From sequence record OQ939939: a stretch of DNA of 64,000 nucleotides; one strand, 5' to 3'. This stretch comes from Escherichia phage SUT_E1620. A program made the translations under genes and the position numbers. This document shows positions 29,281 through 39,671 of this stretch, piece by piece (within the stretch, counting starts at the first letter, position 1; each line of letters opens with the position of its first letter). Under the pieces are notes generated by a model that ran no database searches, had not been told where the DNA came from, and saw only the letters and a program-made list of their open reading frames with translations.

Positions 29281-29965
29281 ATTTTTCTACCTTCACACAC
29301 CCATTATTAATTAAATACTCTTCCGCGACTGTAGCAGATATATCGAAGAATTCAGTACATCCAGCAAATCCTGTATACTTTAACCTATATCCTGAAAAGT
29401 ATTCATGAGCCTGCTTCTCAATAGCTCTACTTTTAGACTTGGTACCTATATCTACTGAATAGACACCAAAAATATACAAATCCATTATATTGGAACTTTT
29501 AACTATCTCTTTCCTTCGTCTTTCAGGAGAGACACTAATTCCTATTTTAGTTCCCATATTACTACACATAATGTATATAAAACCAGGAACACTCCAATCA
29601 GTATCACATACAGGACATCCAGAATTCTTATTCTTTACATTACCTACTGTAGCTTCCCACGTATGCCCATACTCACATTCAAAAAGGGTTTTAGTAGCAT
29701 TATTTTTATACTCTCCAATAAGGGTTATACCTCTGCCACGTAACTCTTCGTTCACCGAATCTTTGGTAAGCTTTAAAGTACCTGAGCATATTGGACAGCC
29801 AGATTTGCTGTTCCTTACATTATTAACCGTAGCTTCCCACGTATGACCTATATTACATCTGAACGTACCCTTACTAAGGATTCCTGAATACTCGCTTACT
29901 AGCTTAATTCTTCTAGGCTCTAAATCTTTATTGATAGTATCTTTATCTAACTTCCTTCGTACCAT
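29279..29965 (-). CDS. Duplicated zinc-ribbon protein with C-terminal T5orf172-like (GIY-YIG-related) domain
   Basis: Two repeats of GHTWEATVxNVxNxxSGCPxC; C-terminal GFIYIMCSNMGTKIGIS resembles T5orf172 domain core. Confidence 0.6.
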   Translation of the reverse strand: MVRRKLDKDTINKDLEPRRIKLVSEYSGILSKGTFRCNIGHTWEATVNNVRNSKSGCPICSGTLKLTKDSVNEELRGRGITLIGEYKNNATKTLFECEYGHTWEATVGNVKNKNSGCPVCDTDWSVPGFIYIMCSNMGTKIGISVSPERRRKEIVKSSNIMDLYIFGVYSVDIGTKSKSRAIEKQAHEYFSGYRLKYTGFAGCTEFFDISATVAEEYLINNGCVKVEK

Positions 29966-29974
29966 TTAGTCCTC

Positions 29975-30020
29975 CTTATACTATTATACACAAATTTTTA
30001 GCTCGAAAGCAAATAAAATA
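29975..30020 (-). promoter_or_regulatory. Sigma70-type promoter (minus strand)
   Basis: Reverse complement TTGCTT-N18-TATAAT. Confidence 0.55.
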
Positions 30021-30047
30021 AAAGCCAGGTCGACTAGCAACCTGGCT
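30011..30047 (-). terminator. Rho-independent terminator after nrdD (minus strand)
   Basis: GCCAGGT...ACCTGGC hairpin followed on minus strand by TTTTATTTTATTT. Confidence 0.75.
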
Positions 30048-30053
30048 GATTCA

Positions 30054-31928
30054 TTATTTAGCGCGAATGTCCTGATGTTTCACTCGACCCATAACCTCAT
30101 GTTGTTTACCTGGGTTAAACGGACGAGCACCTGGATTTCCAAGATATCCACAAACTCGACGAGTTACCTCAAGAGTCTCAGGATCATGATTGCCACAAAT
30201 TGGGCATTTGAAACCATCCTCAGAAGCTATAGTTTCACCCAAGAACCCACATTCCCCACAAGAGTCTACTGGAGTATTAATACCGAAGTAATGAACTTTA
30301 CTTGCAGCATAGTTAATAACCCATTCCAGTGCATCAGGGAATCGTTTCATATCCGGTAATTCCACATAGGAAATGCACCCACCAGAAGCAATAGGAGTAA
30401 AGTTAGACTCATAATCAAACTTCACATTTGGAGCAACCTTACGTTCTACATCAAGGTGATGGGAATTAGTGTAATATCCTTTAGCCAGAATATCTTCATG
30501 CTCTGGGAAATACTCACGGTCTAGGCGACAGAAGCGATCACATAGAGATTCAGATGGTGTAGCATACAGACTATACCCTAATTGAGTCTCTTCCTTCTTC
30601 TGATCAGCACGATCACGCATGTATTGTAGCACACGTTGAACGAACTTGATACAAGACTCAGACATTGTATCTACATCTTTACCAAACATGAGTTGCAACA
30701 TTTCGTGGCAGCCAATATATCCTAGGGATACAGAAGCACGCTTGTAGAAATGATCAAATACATATTCATCTGGCCCCAGACGTAATCCAAAGGCTCCTGA
30801 CATATAGAGGATGGGCGCAGCTTTAGCTTGAATGTATTTTAAGCGATCAACCCTCCACTCCAATGCTTTTAACGCGGTATCCACACGCAGCTCAAGCAGA
30901 TCGAAGAATAGATCAATATTTCCTTCCGCTTCGATAGCGATTCGAGGAAGGTTTACGGAAACAACGCCTAAGTTGTTACGACCAGAAGTTTCACCATCTT
31001 CCGCAGCAGCCAGGAATGAACGACAGCCCATAGAGACTTTGTAGTCCCCCGTAACTTCTACAACCTTATCATAACTGATGTAGTCAGGATACATACGTTC
31101 AGCAGTACATTTCATAGCTAACTTCTTGATATCATAGTTAACATCACCAGGTTTCATGTTTACGCCCTCACGCAAAACAAATACCAGTTTAGGGAAGATA
31201 GCTGTACGTTTATTGATACCCAAACCATCCATACGTACTTCTAGTATTGCTTTCTGTACAAGACGTGCTTCCCAAGAAGTTCCTAGACCAAAACCAAAGG
31301 TAATAAACGGACTTTGACCATTAGAGTTGAACATCGTATTGATTTCATACTCCAGGCCCTGACAGGCATCGTAAACTTCTTTCTCAGTCATTTCCGTAGC
31401 CATTACAGATGCTTTAGCTTCATCCTTAGTCCAACGCTTTGCAAACGCATGATTCTTATCATAAGACTTACGAACATAAGGAGCCAATACTTCATCTAAT
31501 CGGTCTACAGAAGTACCCCCATATTGATGTGAACTAACCTGAGTGATAATCTGAGCTGTGATAGCAGCCGCAGTAGTAATAGAGTTTGGTGTACTGATTT
31601 CAGCATTACCAACCTTCATACCATTCTTCAACATATCTTCCAAAGCAACCAGGCAACAGTTAGTCATACCTAACGCAGCGTAATCAGCATCATGGAAGTG
31701 AATATCACCAATCATGTGAGCATTTCGAATCTGGATTGGCATTTCTTCCAGAATCAGATATTTACTCAATTCCCCTGCAAGCATATCCCTTTGTGTAGGG
31801 AAACGTTCTGAGGGCTTATTGGCATTATTAAACAGCAGCTCTTCATCTGCTGAACCTTCGATAATTTCTTTGCAGTTTCGAATCAAGGACTGCATTCCTT
31901 TATACTTTAGTTCTTCATTGCGATTCAT
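30054..31928 (-). CDS. nrdD: Anaerobic ribonucleoside-triphosphate reductase (class III RNR)
   Basis: 624 aa; C-terminal zinc site CGECGF...CPICG and glycyl-radical motif RVCGYLG. Confidence 0.9.
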   Translation of the reverse strand: MNRNEELKYKGMQSLIRNCKEIIEGSADEELLFNNANKPSERFPTQRDMLAGELSKYLILEEMPIQIRNAHMIGDIHFHDADYAALGMTNCCLVALEDMLKNGMKVGNAEISTPNSITTAAAITAQIITQVSSHQYGGTSVDRLDEVLAPYVRKSYDKNHAFAKRWTKDEAKASVMATEMTEKEVYDACQGLEYEINTMFNSNGQSPFITFGFGLGTSWEARLVQKAILEVRMDGLGINKRTAIFPKLVFVLREGVNMKPGDVNYDIKKLAMKCTAERMYPDYISYDKVVEVTGDYKVSMGCRSFLAAAEDGETSGRNNLGVVSVNLPRIAIEAEGNIDLFFDLLELRVDTALKALEWRVDRLKYIQAKAAPILYMSGAFGLRLGPDEYVFDHFYKRASVSLGYIGCHEMLQLMFGKDVDTMSESCIKFVQRVLQYMRDRADQKKEETQLGYSLYATPSESLCDRFCRLDREYFPEHEDILAKGYYTNSHHLDVERKVAPNVKFDYESNFTPIASGGCISYVELPDMKRFPDALEWVINYAASKVHYFGINTPVDSCGECGFLGETIASEDGFKCPICGNHDPETLEVTRRVCGYLGNPGARPFNPGKQHEVMGRVKHQDIRAK

Positions 31929-31949
31929 TATACCCTCCTTCTCTAACTA

Positions 31950-31995
31950 AGACTACTATTATAACTCATTCGAAGGCGGATGTCAACAATATTTT
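31950..31995 (-). promoter_or_regulatory. Sigma70-type promoter for nrdD (minus strand)
   Basis: Reverse complement TTGACA-N17-TATAAT. Confidence 0.6.
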
Positions 31996-32169
31996 ACTAT
32001 AAAGTTCTGTAACATGATCTGAGTCAAAAAATTTTATTTGCCAACCTCTACTAAAAATAGTATAATCACGCATCCGTGTACGCGATATAAAATGATTATC
32101 TAGTACCATACATCTCCCAATAAAAGCAAGCAAATTTTTTATTTAAATGCAATATCATAGGCTTATTTA

Positions 32170-32215
32170 AAATTGTAGTTGCTTTCTCCCGTATATATTG
32201 GTATAATATATTTGT
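32170..32215 (+). promoter_or_regulatory. Sigma70-type early promoter
   Basis: TTGCTT (32179-32184), 17-bp spacer, TATAAT (32202-32207); second TTGCCA-N17-TATAAT at ~32040-32069. Confidence 0.65.
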
Positions 32216-32280
32216 AAGTTGATAAACAAGATCTTTTTGTTGATCCTCTGTTAGCGAAGTACACTATAGGAGTGTTATTT

Positions 32281-33033
32281 ATGGGAAAAGCACGTCAAAA
32301 AAGAGAGAACCGCAATGGTTCAAGAAAGCGTGGCAACAAGTATGAGAGTAACGTAATTCAAGCAGATTTCTCTGGTGATTACGCCAATCCAGTTGCTAAA
32401 TCCCTAGTTGGTAAAAACCGTGAGCAAAAATCATATATCAATATGATCAAGAACAACACAGTGACTGTGGGTATTGGTGAACCAGGTACTGGTAAAACCT
32501 TTATTCCGTCCGTTCTTGCAGCTCAGGAACTCGTAGACATTCACTCAGATATTGAGCAAGTGATCCTCGTGCGTCCGAACGAACCTCTAGGTAAATCTCT
32601 TGGTATGCTCCCAGGTGATCTGGCAGAAAAGCTAGAGCCTTGGTTGGAACCAATAGCCGATGGCATGAAATGGGCAATCGGTGATCACGCCTACAAAGGA
32701 TATGTCGAACGTCAGAAAATTAAATTCCTGGCTATCGAACATGCCCGTGGCCGAACTTTCAACAACTCCTATGTAATTGTCGATGAAGCTCAGAATATCT
32801 CCGTTGAAGCAATGATCTGTCTTTTGACTCGTGTAGGACAAGATTGTCGTTTAATTATCTGTGGAGATATAGCTCAGAAAGACATCAAGGGTGATTCAGG
32901 TCTAGCACTTCTTATGGAAGTCTATGAGAAGTACGAAAACTCTCCTTTCTCTATGATCGAACTGATCGACAACGTTCGCTCACCAGAGTCTAAAGCATTC
33001 TACGATATCTTTAAGGATATGGGGAAGGTGTAA
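32281..33033 (+). CDS. phoH: PhoH-like ATPase
   Basis: Walker A GEPGTGKT, Walker B VIVDEAQ; ATG at 32281 preceded by AGGAG (track ORF uses upstream GTG). Confidence 0.85.
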   Translation: MGKARQKRENRNGSRKRGNKYESNVIQADFSGDYANPVAKSLVGKNREQKSYINMIKNNTVTVGIGEPGTGKTFIPSVLAAQELVDIHSDIEQVILVRPNEPLGKSLGMLPGDLAEKLEPWLEPIADGMKWAIGDHAYKGYVERQKIKFLAIEHARGRTFNNSYVIVDEAQNISVEAMICLLTRVGQDCRLIICGDIAQKDIKGDSGLALLMEVYEKYENSPFSMIELIDNVRSPESKAFYDIFKDMGKV

Positions 33034-33034
33034 T

Positions 33035-33277
33035 ATGGGAAACGTCGTACATCTGCACCGCAAAACTAAGATCCACCGTACTTCATTGAGTGCTGCTAAT
33101 ATGATTACACGTAAGGAAGGGGAAGAAAGTCCTAAGACTACCCTAGCGTGGAAAATTGTAGCCTCTAATCCAAATCGGCCTTTCAACTATAATGAACTGA
33201 GTACTTCTATAGACATTCTTATGGCTAAGGAAATACGACAGAAACTAACTGATATGACCGATAAACTTAAATGGTAA
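33035..33277 (+). CDS. Hypothetical protein (80 aa)
   Basis: ORF overlapping phoH stop; terminator follows. Confidence 0.5.
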   Translation: MGNVVHLHRKTKIHRTSLSAANMITRKEGEESPKTTLAWKIVASNPNRPFNYNELSTSIDILMAKEIRQKLTDMTDKLKW

Positions 33278-33285
33278 GACAGACG

Positions 33286-33318
33286 AGCCTGGGTATGAAA
33301 ATATCCGGGCTCTTTTTA
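33286..33318 (+). terminator. Rho-independent terminator
   Basis: GAGCCTGG...CCGGGCTC hairpin followed by TTTTT. Confidence 0.7.
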
Positions 33319-33400
33319 TCTGTAAAATTGTACTTGCAAAATGACTCAAAACAAAGTAGAATATCTCCTAAATCCTGATAACTACAAAAAGGAAAGCCAA

Positions 33401-35731
33401 ATGAGCCATCGTATAGAAAAAGTAATTAAACGTGACGGTACTGTTCAGGACTTTGCTCCTGAAAAACTCAATGATTGGGCTGCATGGGCATGTAAAGATA
33501 CTGACGTAAGTTGGTCTGCCGTAGTTATGGCTGCCCTGAAAAATCTACCCAAAGGTGTTGTAGACTCCGATACACTCCAAGATGTGTTAATTAAAGCCGC
33601 TGAAGGTCTTATCAAAGACAACCCAGCATATGATACTGTAGCAAAGGAATTACGTCTTGCGCAGATGCGTAAACGCCTATACGATTCCTTTGAACCTCCT
33701 TCTCTGCGTTTCTTCCACGATCATATGGTTCGTGTTGGCGCCTGGGAAGACATGAGTGCATGGATTAGCGATGATCAGTTTGATGCTCTGAATCAAGTTA
33801 TTGATCATGATCGCGATCGTTTATTCACCAGTGGTGGGCTGAAACAGTTCTTCGACAAGTATTCCCGTCGTAATATTGCAACTGGTGAAATTTATGAAAC
33901 CCCGCAGTTTGCTTACATGGGTATGGCAATGGCGATGTTATCTCAACCTAACTGGACAATTCTAGATGCAATCGACCTCTACAATGCAATGTCGCTCCAC
34001 AAAATCAACGTTCCTACGCCGCCACTGGTTGGCCTGCGCTCTAGTGACCGTGGATTTGCTAGTTGCTGTCTCGTGGATTCCACTGACACGCTGGATTCAA
34101 TCGACACAGCCGAGCACATCGTCTTCAAAATGGTCGCAGCCAGAGCGGGAATCGGGTATCATCTTGAAAGCCGATCAATTGCTGATCCGGTGCGAAATGG
34201 GGCATTCCCGCATTCCGGAAAACTGCCATATTATCGACACATTGACCGATCAGTAAAAGCTAACACTCAGCAAACCCGTGGCGGTTCTGCTACTGTGTCT
34301 TATCCATACTTCGATCCTGAAATCATTCAGTTGATGCAGGTTAAGCAGCAACGTGCTACAGACGAGAATAAAATCGATAAGATGGATTACTCTCTGAGCT
34401 TTAACAACCTTCTATTAAAACGTTACCTGAAAAACGAAGATATTACGCTAATGTCCTACTTCTACGCACCAGAAGTTCATGAAGCGTTTTATGGCGAAGA
34501 TGAGGCTAAGTTTGAAGAAATCTACGTGGCAGCGGAGAAACGTGTGGCTTCTCTTACAAAGATCGACCACGAAGGAAAAACAATTCCAGCAGCTCCTAGA
34601 ATCTCTGCAAAAGAAATCCTAGATACTTGGTTACGTATCCGTATGGAAACAGGGCGTATGTATGCTCATCACATTGGTGAATCTAACCGTCATGGTAACT
34701 TCCTTGACCCGATTCGTATGACCAACCTTTGTGTTGAAATTACTCAGCCAACCCGTCCATTCCATCACATTACGGAGCTGTATAAGACCCAAGATCAGTT
34801 AGACGATATGCGTCCAGAAGATATTGGTGAAGTATCTCTGTGTAACTTAGGTGGTGTTGTACTAGGTCGTATGGAATCTCTGGCTGAATGGGAGAAAACT
34901 TGCTACATTCTTCTGAAATTCGTTGATACAATCATCGAGATTCAGGATTACCCATTCCCAACTATGGAGTACACGGCTAAGAAACGTCGTAACGTTGGTA
35001 TTGGTCTGATGAACGCAGCAGGTGCAATGGCAGCAGAAGGTTTGGCTTACGAAGGTGTTGAAGCCCGTAACTGGATTCACCGTGAAGCTGAAAAGCTGTC
35101 CTACTTCCTACATAAAGCCTCTGTACGTCTGGCTAAAGAACAAGGTGCATGTGACTGGTTTAATCGTACTAAGCCTTCGCAAGGAACTCTGGTAATCGAC
35201 ACGTACAAGAAAACTGTTGATGAACTGGTAACTGTAGGTCTAGAAATGGATTGGGAATCTCTGCGTGCAGATATTCTGAAATATGGTATGCGCAACTCTG
35301 TTCTTACTGCTCAGATGCCAGGTGAAAGTTCCTCTGTACTGCTAGGTGTTACTAACTCTATCGAACCGCCCCGTAAGATCGTATCTATCAAGGGTAGTGC
35401 AGTGAATAAAGTAATTGCAATTGCTCCAGGTGCAACTGATTGGGATACATTAATGAGCTATAAACTGGCTTATGATGTAGATCGTATCGAGTGGATCAAA
35501 TGGGTAGCAACCATGCAGAAATTCTTCAGCCAGTCTATCAGTACGAATATGTACTATGACTACACCAAGTTCGAGAATGAAATCATTCCCGGCCCAGTAG
35601 TAGTTCGTGACTTTATGACTGCTGTTAAGTACGGTTGGAAAACTTGGTACTACGCTAACTTCAACACTGAAAATGGTGGTGGAGCTGGTGAAGAAGCAGC
35701 AGGTTGTGCATCAGGTGGTTGTAACCTATAA
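33401..35731 (+). CDS. nrdA: Ribonucleoside-diphosphate reductase large subunit (class Ia)
   Basis: ATP-cone N-terminus (VIKRDGT), active-site NLCVEI, C-terminal Cys pair; start at MSHRIEK with RBS AAGGAAA (track start 33341 lies in promoter). Confidence 0.9.
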   Translation: MSHRIEKVIKRDGTVQDFAPEKLNDWAAWACKDTDVSWSAVVMAALKNLPKGVVDSDTLQDVLIKAAEGLIKDNPAYDTVAKELRLAQMRKRLYDSFEPPSLRFFHDHMVRVGAWEDMSAWISDDQFDALNQVIDHDRDRLFTSGGLKQFFDKYSRRNIATGEIYETPQFAYMGMAMAMLSQPNWTILDAIDLYNAMSLHKINVPTPPLVGLRSSDRGFASCCLVDSTDTLDSIDTAEHIVFKMVAARAGIGYHLESRSIADPVRNGAFPHSGKLPYYRHIDRSVKANTQQTRGGSATVSYPYFDPEIIQLMQVKQQRATDENKIDKMDYSLSFNNLLLKRYLKNEDITLMSYFYAPEVHEAFYGEDEAKFEEIYVAAEKRVASLTKIDHEGKTIPAAPRISAKEILDTWLRIRMETGRMYAHHIGESNRHGNFLDPIRMTNLCVEITQPTRPFHHITELYKTQDQLDDMRPEDIGEVSLCNLGGVVLGRMESLAEWEKTCYILLKFVDTIIEIQDYPFPTMEYTAKKRRNVGIGLMNAAGAMAAEGLAYEGVEARNWIHREAEKLSYFLHKASVRLAKEQGACDWFNRTKPSQGTLVIDTYKKTVDELVTVGLEMDWESLRADILKYGMRNSVLTAQMPGESSSVLLGVTNSIEPPRKIVSIKGSAVNKVIAIAPGATDWDTLMSYKLAYDVDRIEWIKWVATMQKFFSQSISTNMYYDYTKFENEIIPGPVVVRDFMTAVKYGWKTWYYANFNTENGGGAGEEAAGCASGGCNL

Positions 35732-35740
35732 TAAAAACAA

Positions 35741-35768
35741 GGAGATCTTCGGGTCTCCTTTTTTCTTT
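35741..35768 (+). terminator. Rho-independent terminator
   Basis: GGAGATC-TTCG-GGTCTCC hairpin + TTTTTTCT. Confidence 0.8.
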
Positions 35769-35771
35769 GAA

Positions 35772-35815
35772 ATTTTACTTGCTAATCGCTACCAGATTTG
35801 CTATAATATTCCTGA
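35772..35815 (+). promoter_or_regulatory. Sigma70-type early promoter
   Basis: TTGCTA (35779-35784), N18, TATAAT (35803-35808). Confidence 0.65.
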
Positions 35816-35838
35816 AATAGTGAGAAAGAGGAAAATCA

Positions 35839-36984
35839 ATGACTACTTTACTAAACCTGAATTGGGATCATACTAACGCTGACCTTTTCCTGGGCGATTC
35901 TCTTGGTATCGCAGATTACGTTCGTGTAGCACATCCTGAACTTGAGCGTCTAGCACTTCTGCAACGTTCTCAATTTTGGACTGAAACTGAAATCAGTCTG
36001 GAAGCCGATAAGAAACAATGGCCAAACCTTCCGCGTGATATTCAGGAAATTACTCTCCTGAACTTAGCATGGCAGACCCAAACAGATTCTTTCATTAGCC
36101 GTGCTCCTGAAGCAGCTATTATGCCGCTTGTAAGCCGTCCTGAATTGGAGGGTATGCTCAAGCAGTGGAGCTACTTCGAAGATCTGCACAGCCGTGCGTA
36201 TAGTAATATTATTCGTAACGTTCTGACTGATCCAGCAGAATTTATTGATTCTGTAACTAAAAACCAAGAAGCATTTGCACGTATCGCAGATTCTGTTGAA
36301 CTGTTTGATGAATTGTATCTGTTAGGTCAGTATTTCCTTGCAGTACGTAATCATCGTGGTGATAATACTTATCCAGAAACTGAGTTCCCTGAAGTTAAAC
36401 GTGAAACTCAGGCTAAGCTGTTAGATGCTTACTTTGCAATCTACGGTCTGGAAGCAATGCAGTTCTACGCATCCTTTGCATGTACCTTTGCTCTAGCAGA
36501 GAACGATATTCTGCAAGGTATTGCTAAGAACCTGCAATTAATCGCTAAAGATGAAGCTCTACATACTCAAATGTCTAAAGCTATCATCCAGATTATGTTC
36601 CAGCAGTTTGATAAAGATCTGGTAGACGAAGCATTAGCTAAAGCACCAGCACAACTCCTAAAAACTCTGAAAACTGAGATTGAATGGGGCCACTTTATCT
36701 TTAAAGGCCGCAGTCTGATTGGTTTGAACGCAGAATTGCTTGAAGAATACCTTTACTTTGTAGGACGTAACGCATTTATGCACATTGGTGTAGAATGGCC
36801 AAACCACTTACCTGTAATTACTAAGAATCCGATTCCGTGGATCATGAACTGGTTGGATACTACTTCTCTACAACCTGCTCCGCAAGAGATTCAGATTGGT
36901 GCAGCCTACCGCGTAGGTCAAGTCACAGAAACCTCTGCTGATACTCTGAAAGATCTTGGCAACGAATTTGAGGGTATGTTCTAA
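35839..36984 (+). CDS. nrdB: Ribonucleoside-diphosphate reductase small subunit
   Basis: 381 aa; di-iron ligand motifs (ExxH pairs), directly downstream of nrdA. Confidence 0.85.
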   Translation: MTTLLNLNWDHTNADLFLGDSLGIADYVRVAHPELERLALLQRSQFWTETEISLEADKKQWPNLPRDIQEITLLNLAWQTQTDSFISRAPEAAIMPLVSRPELEGMLKQWSYFEDLHSRAYSNIIRNVLTDPAEFIDSVTKNQEAFARIADSVELFDELYLLGQYFLAVRNHRGDNTYPETEFPEVKRETQAKLLDAYFAIYGLEAMQFYASFACTFALAENDILQGIAKNLQLIAKDEALHTQMSKAIIQIMFQQFDKDLVDEALAKAPAQLLKTLKTEIEWGHFIFKGRSLIGLNAELLEEYLYFVGRNAFMHIGVEWPNHLPVITKNPIPWIMNWLDTTSLQPAPQEIQIGAAYRVGQVTETSADTLKDLGNEFEGMF

Positions 36985-37514
36985 TGATAGCAGCAATCTA
37001 TGCAACTGGGCCGAATGGGGAGTTCGGCCTCAATGGTAAACTCCCTTGGGGTTCTTTCAAAGAAGAACTAAATACTTTTTATGCTACTTTGGATTCTCTA
37101 GCACCTGATAATATTATTGTAGGAGCAGGAACTTGGTTAGCCTTCCCTGAGACTCTGCAAAAAAGAATACTAGGAGATTCTGACCTATTTATTTATGCAA
37201 ATAGACCACTACCTAACTCTGTAGGATCAGCTACACGCATAAGCAACATTGGATACCGTCTGCCTGATTTTCTCAAGGAAGAGGTAACTGTAGTATTAGG
37301 GGGAGCAACTCTGCTTCTTGAAATGTATGTCAAAAATCATCTAGATATGGCGTATATCTCTACTATTACTTCAGCCACACCATTATCTGCTGATGTACAT
37401 CTACATCATCATATTACTTTAACTAATTCAATGGCAACTAGAATGGACTATGTGGCAGGACAGAATGCAGATAAAACGCTTTCATTCTTACAAGAATTGG
37501 TGATATTTAAATGA
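36984..37514 (+). CDS. Dihydrofolate reductase
   Basis: 176 aa; N-terminal IAAIxxxGxxG...LPW motif; precedes thymidylate synthase. Confidence 0.75.
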   Translation: MIAAIYATGPNGEFGLNGKLPWGSFKEELNTFYATLDSLAPDNIIVGAGTWLAFPETLQKRILGDSDLFIYANRPLPNSVGSATRISNIGYRLPDFLKEEVTVVLGGATLLLEMYVKNHLDMAYISTITSATPLSADVHLHHHITLTNSMATRMDYVAGQNADKTLSFLQELVIFK

Positions 37515-38365
37515 AGCAATATATTGAAACTGGAAAACGTATTCTTGAAGAGGGTGTATGGGTAACGAATCCTAGAACAGGGGTTCGTTGCCTAACCATT
37601 ATTGATGCAGACTTTACCTTTAACGTAGGAGCAGGAGAACTGCCGCTAGTAACTACTCGTAAAGCATTTGCTAAACAAGCAATAATGGAAATGATCGGAT
37701 ATCTCCGTGGGTACGACTCAGCAGCACAATTCCGCGCTATTGGTGTTAATACATGGAATGCTAATGCAAATGAAAATATTGCTTGGCTAGGTAATCCATT
37801 CCGTAAAGGCGAGGATGATATGGGACGAGTCTATGGTGTTCAAGGACGTCATTGGACTAATTCTGATGGTATGGTATTTGATCAGTTAGCCAAAGTCTAT
37901 CATAATTTGAAAAGAGGGATTGACGATCGTGGAGAAATTTTAACTTTTTGGAACCCTGGGGAATTTCGTAAAGGATGCCTACGTCCGTGTATGCATACCC
38001 ATCAATTCTCTATTTTAGGTGATACACTATACCTAAACTCTTTCCAGAGGTCTAATGATTTCTTGCTGGGCCAAGTATTTAATATGGTGCAATGCTATGC
38101 ACTTCTAGCTATTATGGCACAGATTACAGGTCTTAAGCCAGGTATTGCTCGTCAAAAGATTATTAATCTTCATATCTATGAAGATCAGTATAATGTTCTG
38201 ATGGAGCACAAGCAATTCGATCGTGAACCTTTTGCATCTCCTACTTTAGAAATCAATCCAAATATTAGAACTTTGGATGATGTATTAACGTGGGTAAGTA
38301 AGGATGATTTTACTGTTCGTGGCTATGAACACCATCCTGCTATTGCATATCCATTTACGGTGTAA
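37511..38365 (+). CDS. thyA: Thymidylate synthase
   Basis: 284 aa; catalytic-Cys region [10 protein letters not shown], conserved N-terminal region. Confidence 0.85.
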   Translation: MKQYIETGKRILEEGVWVTNPRTGVRCLTIIDADFTFNVGAGELPLVTTRKAFAKQAIMEMIGYLRGYDSAAQFRAIGVNTWNANANENIAWLGNPFRKGEDDMGRVYGVQGRHWTNSDGMVFDQLAKVYHNLKRGIDDRGEILTFWNPGEFRKGCLRPCMHTHQFSILGDTLYLNSFQRSNDFLLGQVFNMVQCYALLAIMAQITGLKPGIARQKIINLHIYEDQYNVLMEHKQFDREPFASPTLEINPNIRTLDDVLTWVSKDDFTVRGYEHHPAIAYPFTV

Positions 38366-38368
38366 CAT

Positions 38369-38722
38369 ATGTTAATTATACTATTATTTGTCATATTCTT
38401 TCTAAAACATTTTATGGCCGATTATCCACTCCAAACACCATATATGCTAGGAAAGACGCATAAAATAGGGTGGAAACTTCCATTATTAACCCATTCGCTA
38501 GTACATGCTGGATTAACATTTGCAATTCTAATCCTATTCACATCACCAGGAATGTCTATAGCTTTAGCTATTATGGAATTAATTCTACACTTTATTATAG
38601 ATTATTGGAAAGCACAACGCTGCAAATACGCTATAAGCGATGCTAAGTTTTGGATAGCTTTAGGATTTGATCAGTTACTGCATTATCTGACATACGCCCT
38701 AATAATCTTGATTATAATCTAA
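38369..38722 (+). CDS. Small integral membrane protein (117 aa)
   Basis: Multiple hydrophobic helices; terminator follows. Confidence 0.55.
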   Translation: MLIILLFVIFFLKHFMADYPLQTPYMLGKTHKIGWKLPLLTHSLVHAGLTFAILILFTSPGMSIALAIMELILHFIIDYWKAQRCKYAISDAKFWIALGFDQLLHYLTYALIILIII

Positions 38723-38726
38723 TTCA

Positions 38727-38755
38727 AATAGCCCTTCGGGGCTATTATATTTAAA
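38727..38755 (+). terminator. Rho-independent terminator
   Basis: TAGCCC-TTCG-GGGCTA hairpin followed by TTATATTT. Confidence 0.7.
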
Positions 38756-38800
38756 TTTCATTTGCTTACTGAGTGAAATTCAAATATAATATACTTCTAA
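38755..38800 (+). promoter_or_regulatory. Sigma70-type early promoter
   Basis: TTGCTT (38762-38767), N17, TATAAT (38785-38790). Confidence 0.7.
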
Positions 38801-38820
38801 TTTGACAGAAGGATTTAATA

Positions 38821-39399
38821 ATGACAGCCATAGTAGCATTTAAATATAAAGATAAAGTATACTTAGCTGGTGATCGTATGGGTTCTAATGGCTATACGAA
38901 ACTGCTGGTTAAAAATCCGAAAGTATTCAAAATCTCTGATGATTTGTACTTCGGATACACTAGTTCCTTCTACATGGGACAATTACTAGAGCATAGCTTT
39001 ACTGTACCACCACGTTTAGCAGATATTTCCGATGATAAATATTTATATACGGAAATAGTACCTAAATTACGTGATATGTTTAACCAGAAAGATTTTGGCG
39101 AAAAGAAAAATGAAAAATATGCTGAACCTAATCTGGGACAATTTATTATGCTCTACAAAGGAAGAATCTTTATTTTCCAATCTAATGCTTCTATTCTAGA
39201 AGTTGAACATGCCGGTGTAGGCTGTGGAGGAGAAGATGTACTTTCCAGTATTCGTACAGGTTTAGCTATTGCGGATTGTCGAGCCACAGATTTAGATGTA
39301 GATGATATATTTGAAATCATTGATCTGGCTTTTACGCATTGTGCAGATTATATGTGTGGTGTATCTTCTCAACATGATGTTTTAGTAATTGGAGAATAA
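38821..39399 (+). CDS. Putative Ntn-hydrolase (HslV/proteasome beta-subunit-like peptidase)
   Basis: N-terminus MTAIVAFKYKDKVYLAGDRMGSNG parallels HslV [24 protein letters not shown] (Thr after initiator Met, AGD motif). Confidence 0.5.
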   Translation: MTAIVAFKYKDKVYLAGDRMGSNGYTKLLVKNPKVFKISDDLYFGYTSSFYMGQLLEHSFTVPPRLADISDDKYLYTEIVPKLRDMFNQKDFGEKKNEKYAEPNLGQFIMLYKGRIFIFQSNASILEVEHAGVGCGGEDVLSSIRTGLAIADCRATDLDVDDIFEIIDLAFTHCADYMCGVSSQHDVLVIGE

Positions 39400-39401
39400 A
39401 T

Positions 39402-39671
39402 ATGTCTATTCTTTTATCTGCTTTAGAAGCAAAACAAAATACTATTGCTAGCATTAAAAAGGAAGTAATTGACCTAGAATCACTTATTGCCGTAGAGATT
39501 GACAAAGCTATTAAAGATAAAGAATTTAATTGTCACATCCAGGGATTAACTGAATACTCAGAAAACGCTAGAAATAGCGTCATGCAAAAACTTAGCAAAC
39601 TAGGTTATGTTGTAGAAGCTAAGTATGAACAGCGTGAAGGTTTTTGGCTTGAAATTGATTGGAGCAAATAA
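39402..39671 (+). CDS. Hypothetical protein (89 aa)
   Basis: ORF tightly packed between neighbours. Confidence 0.5.
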   Translation: MSILLSALEAKQNTIASIKKEVIDLESLIAVEIDKAIKDKEFNCHIQGLTEYSENARNSVMQKLSKLGYVVEAKYEQREGFWLEIDWSK

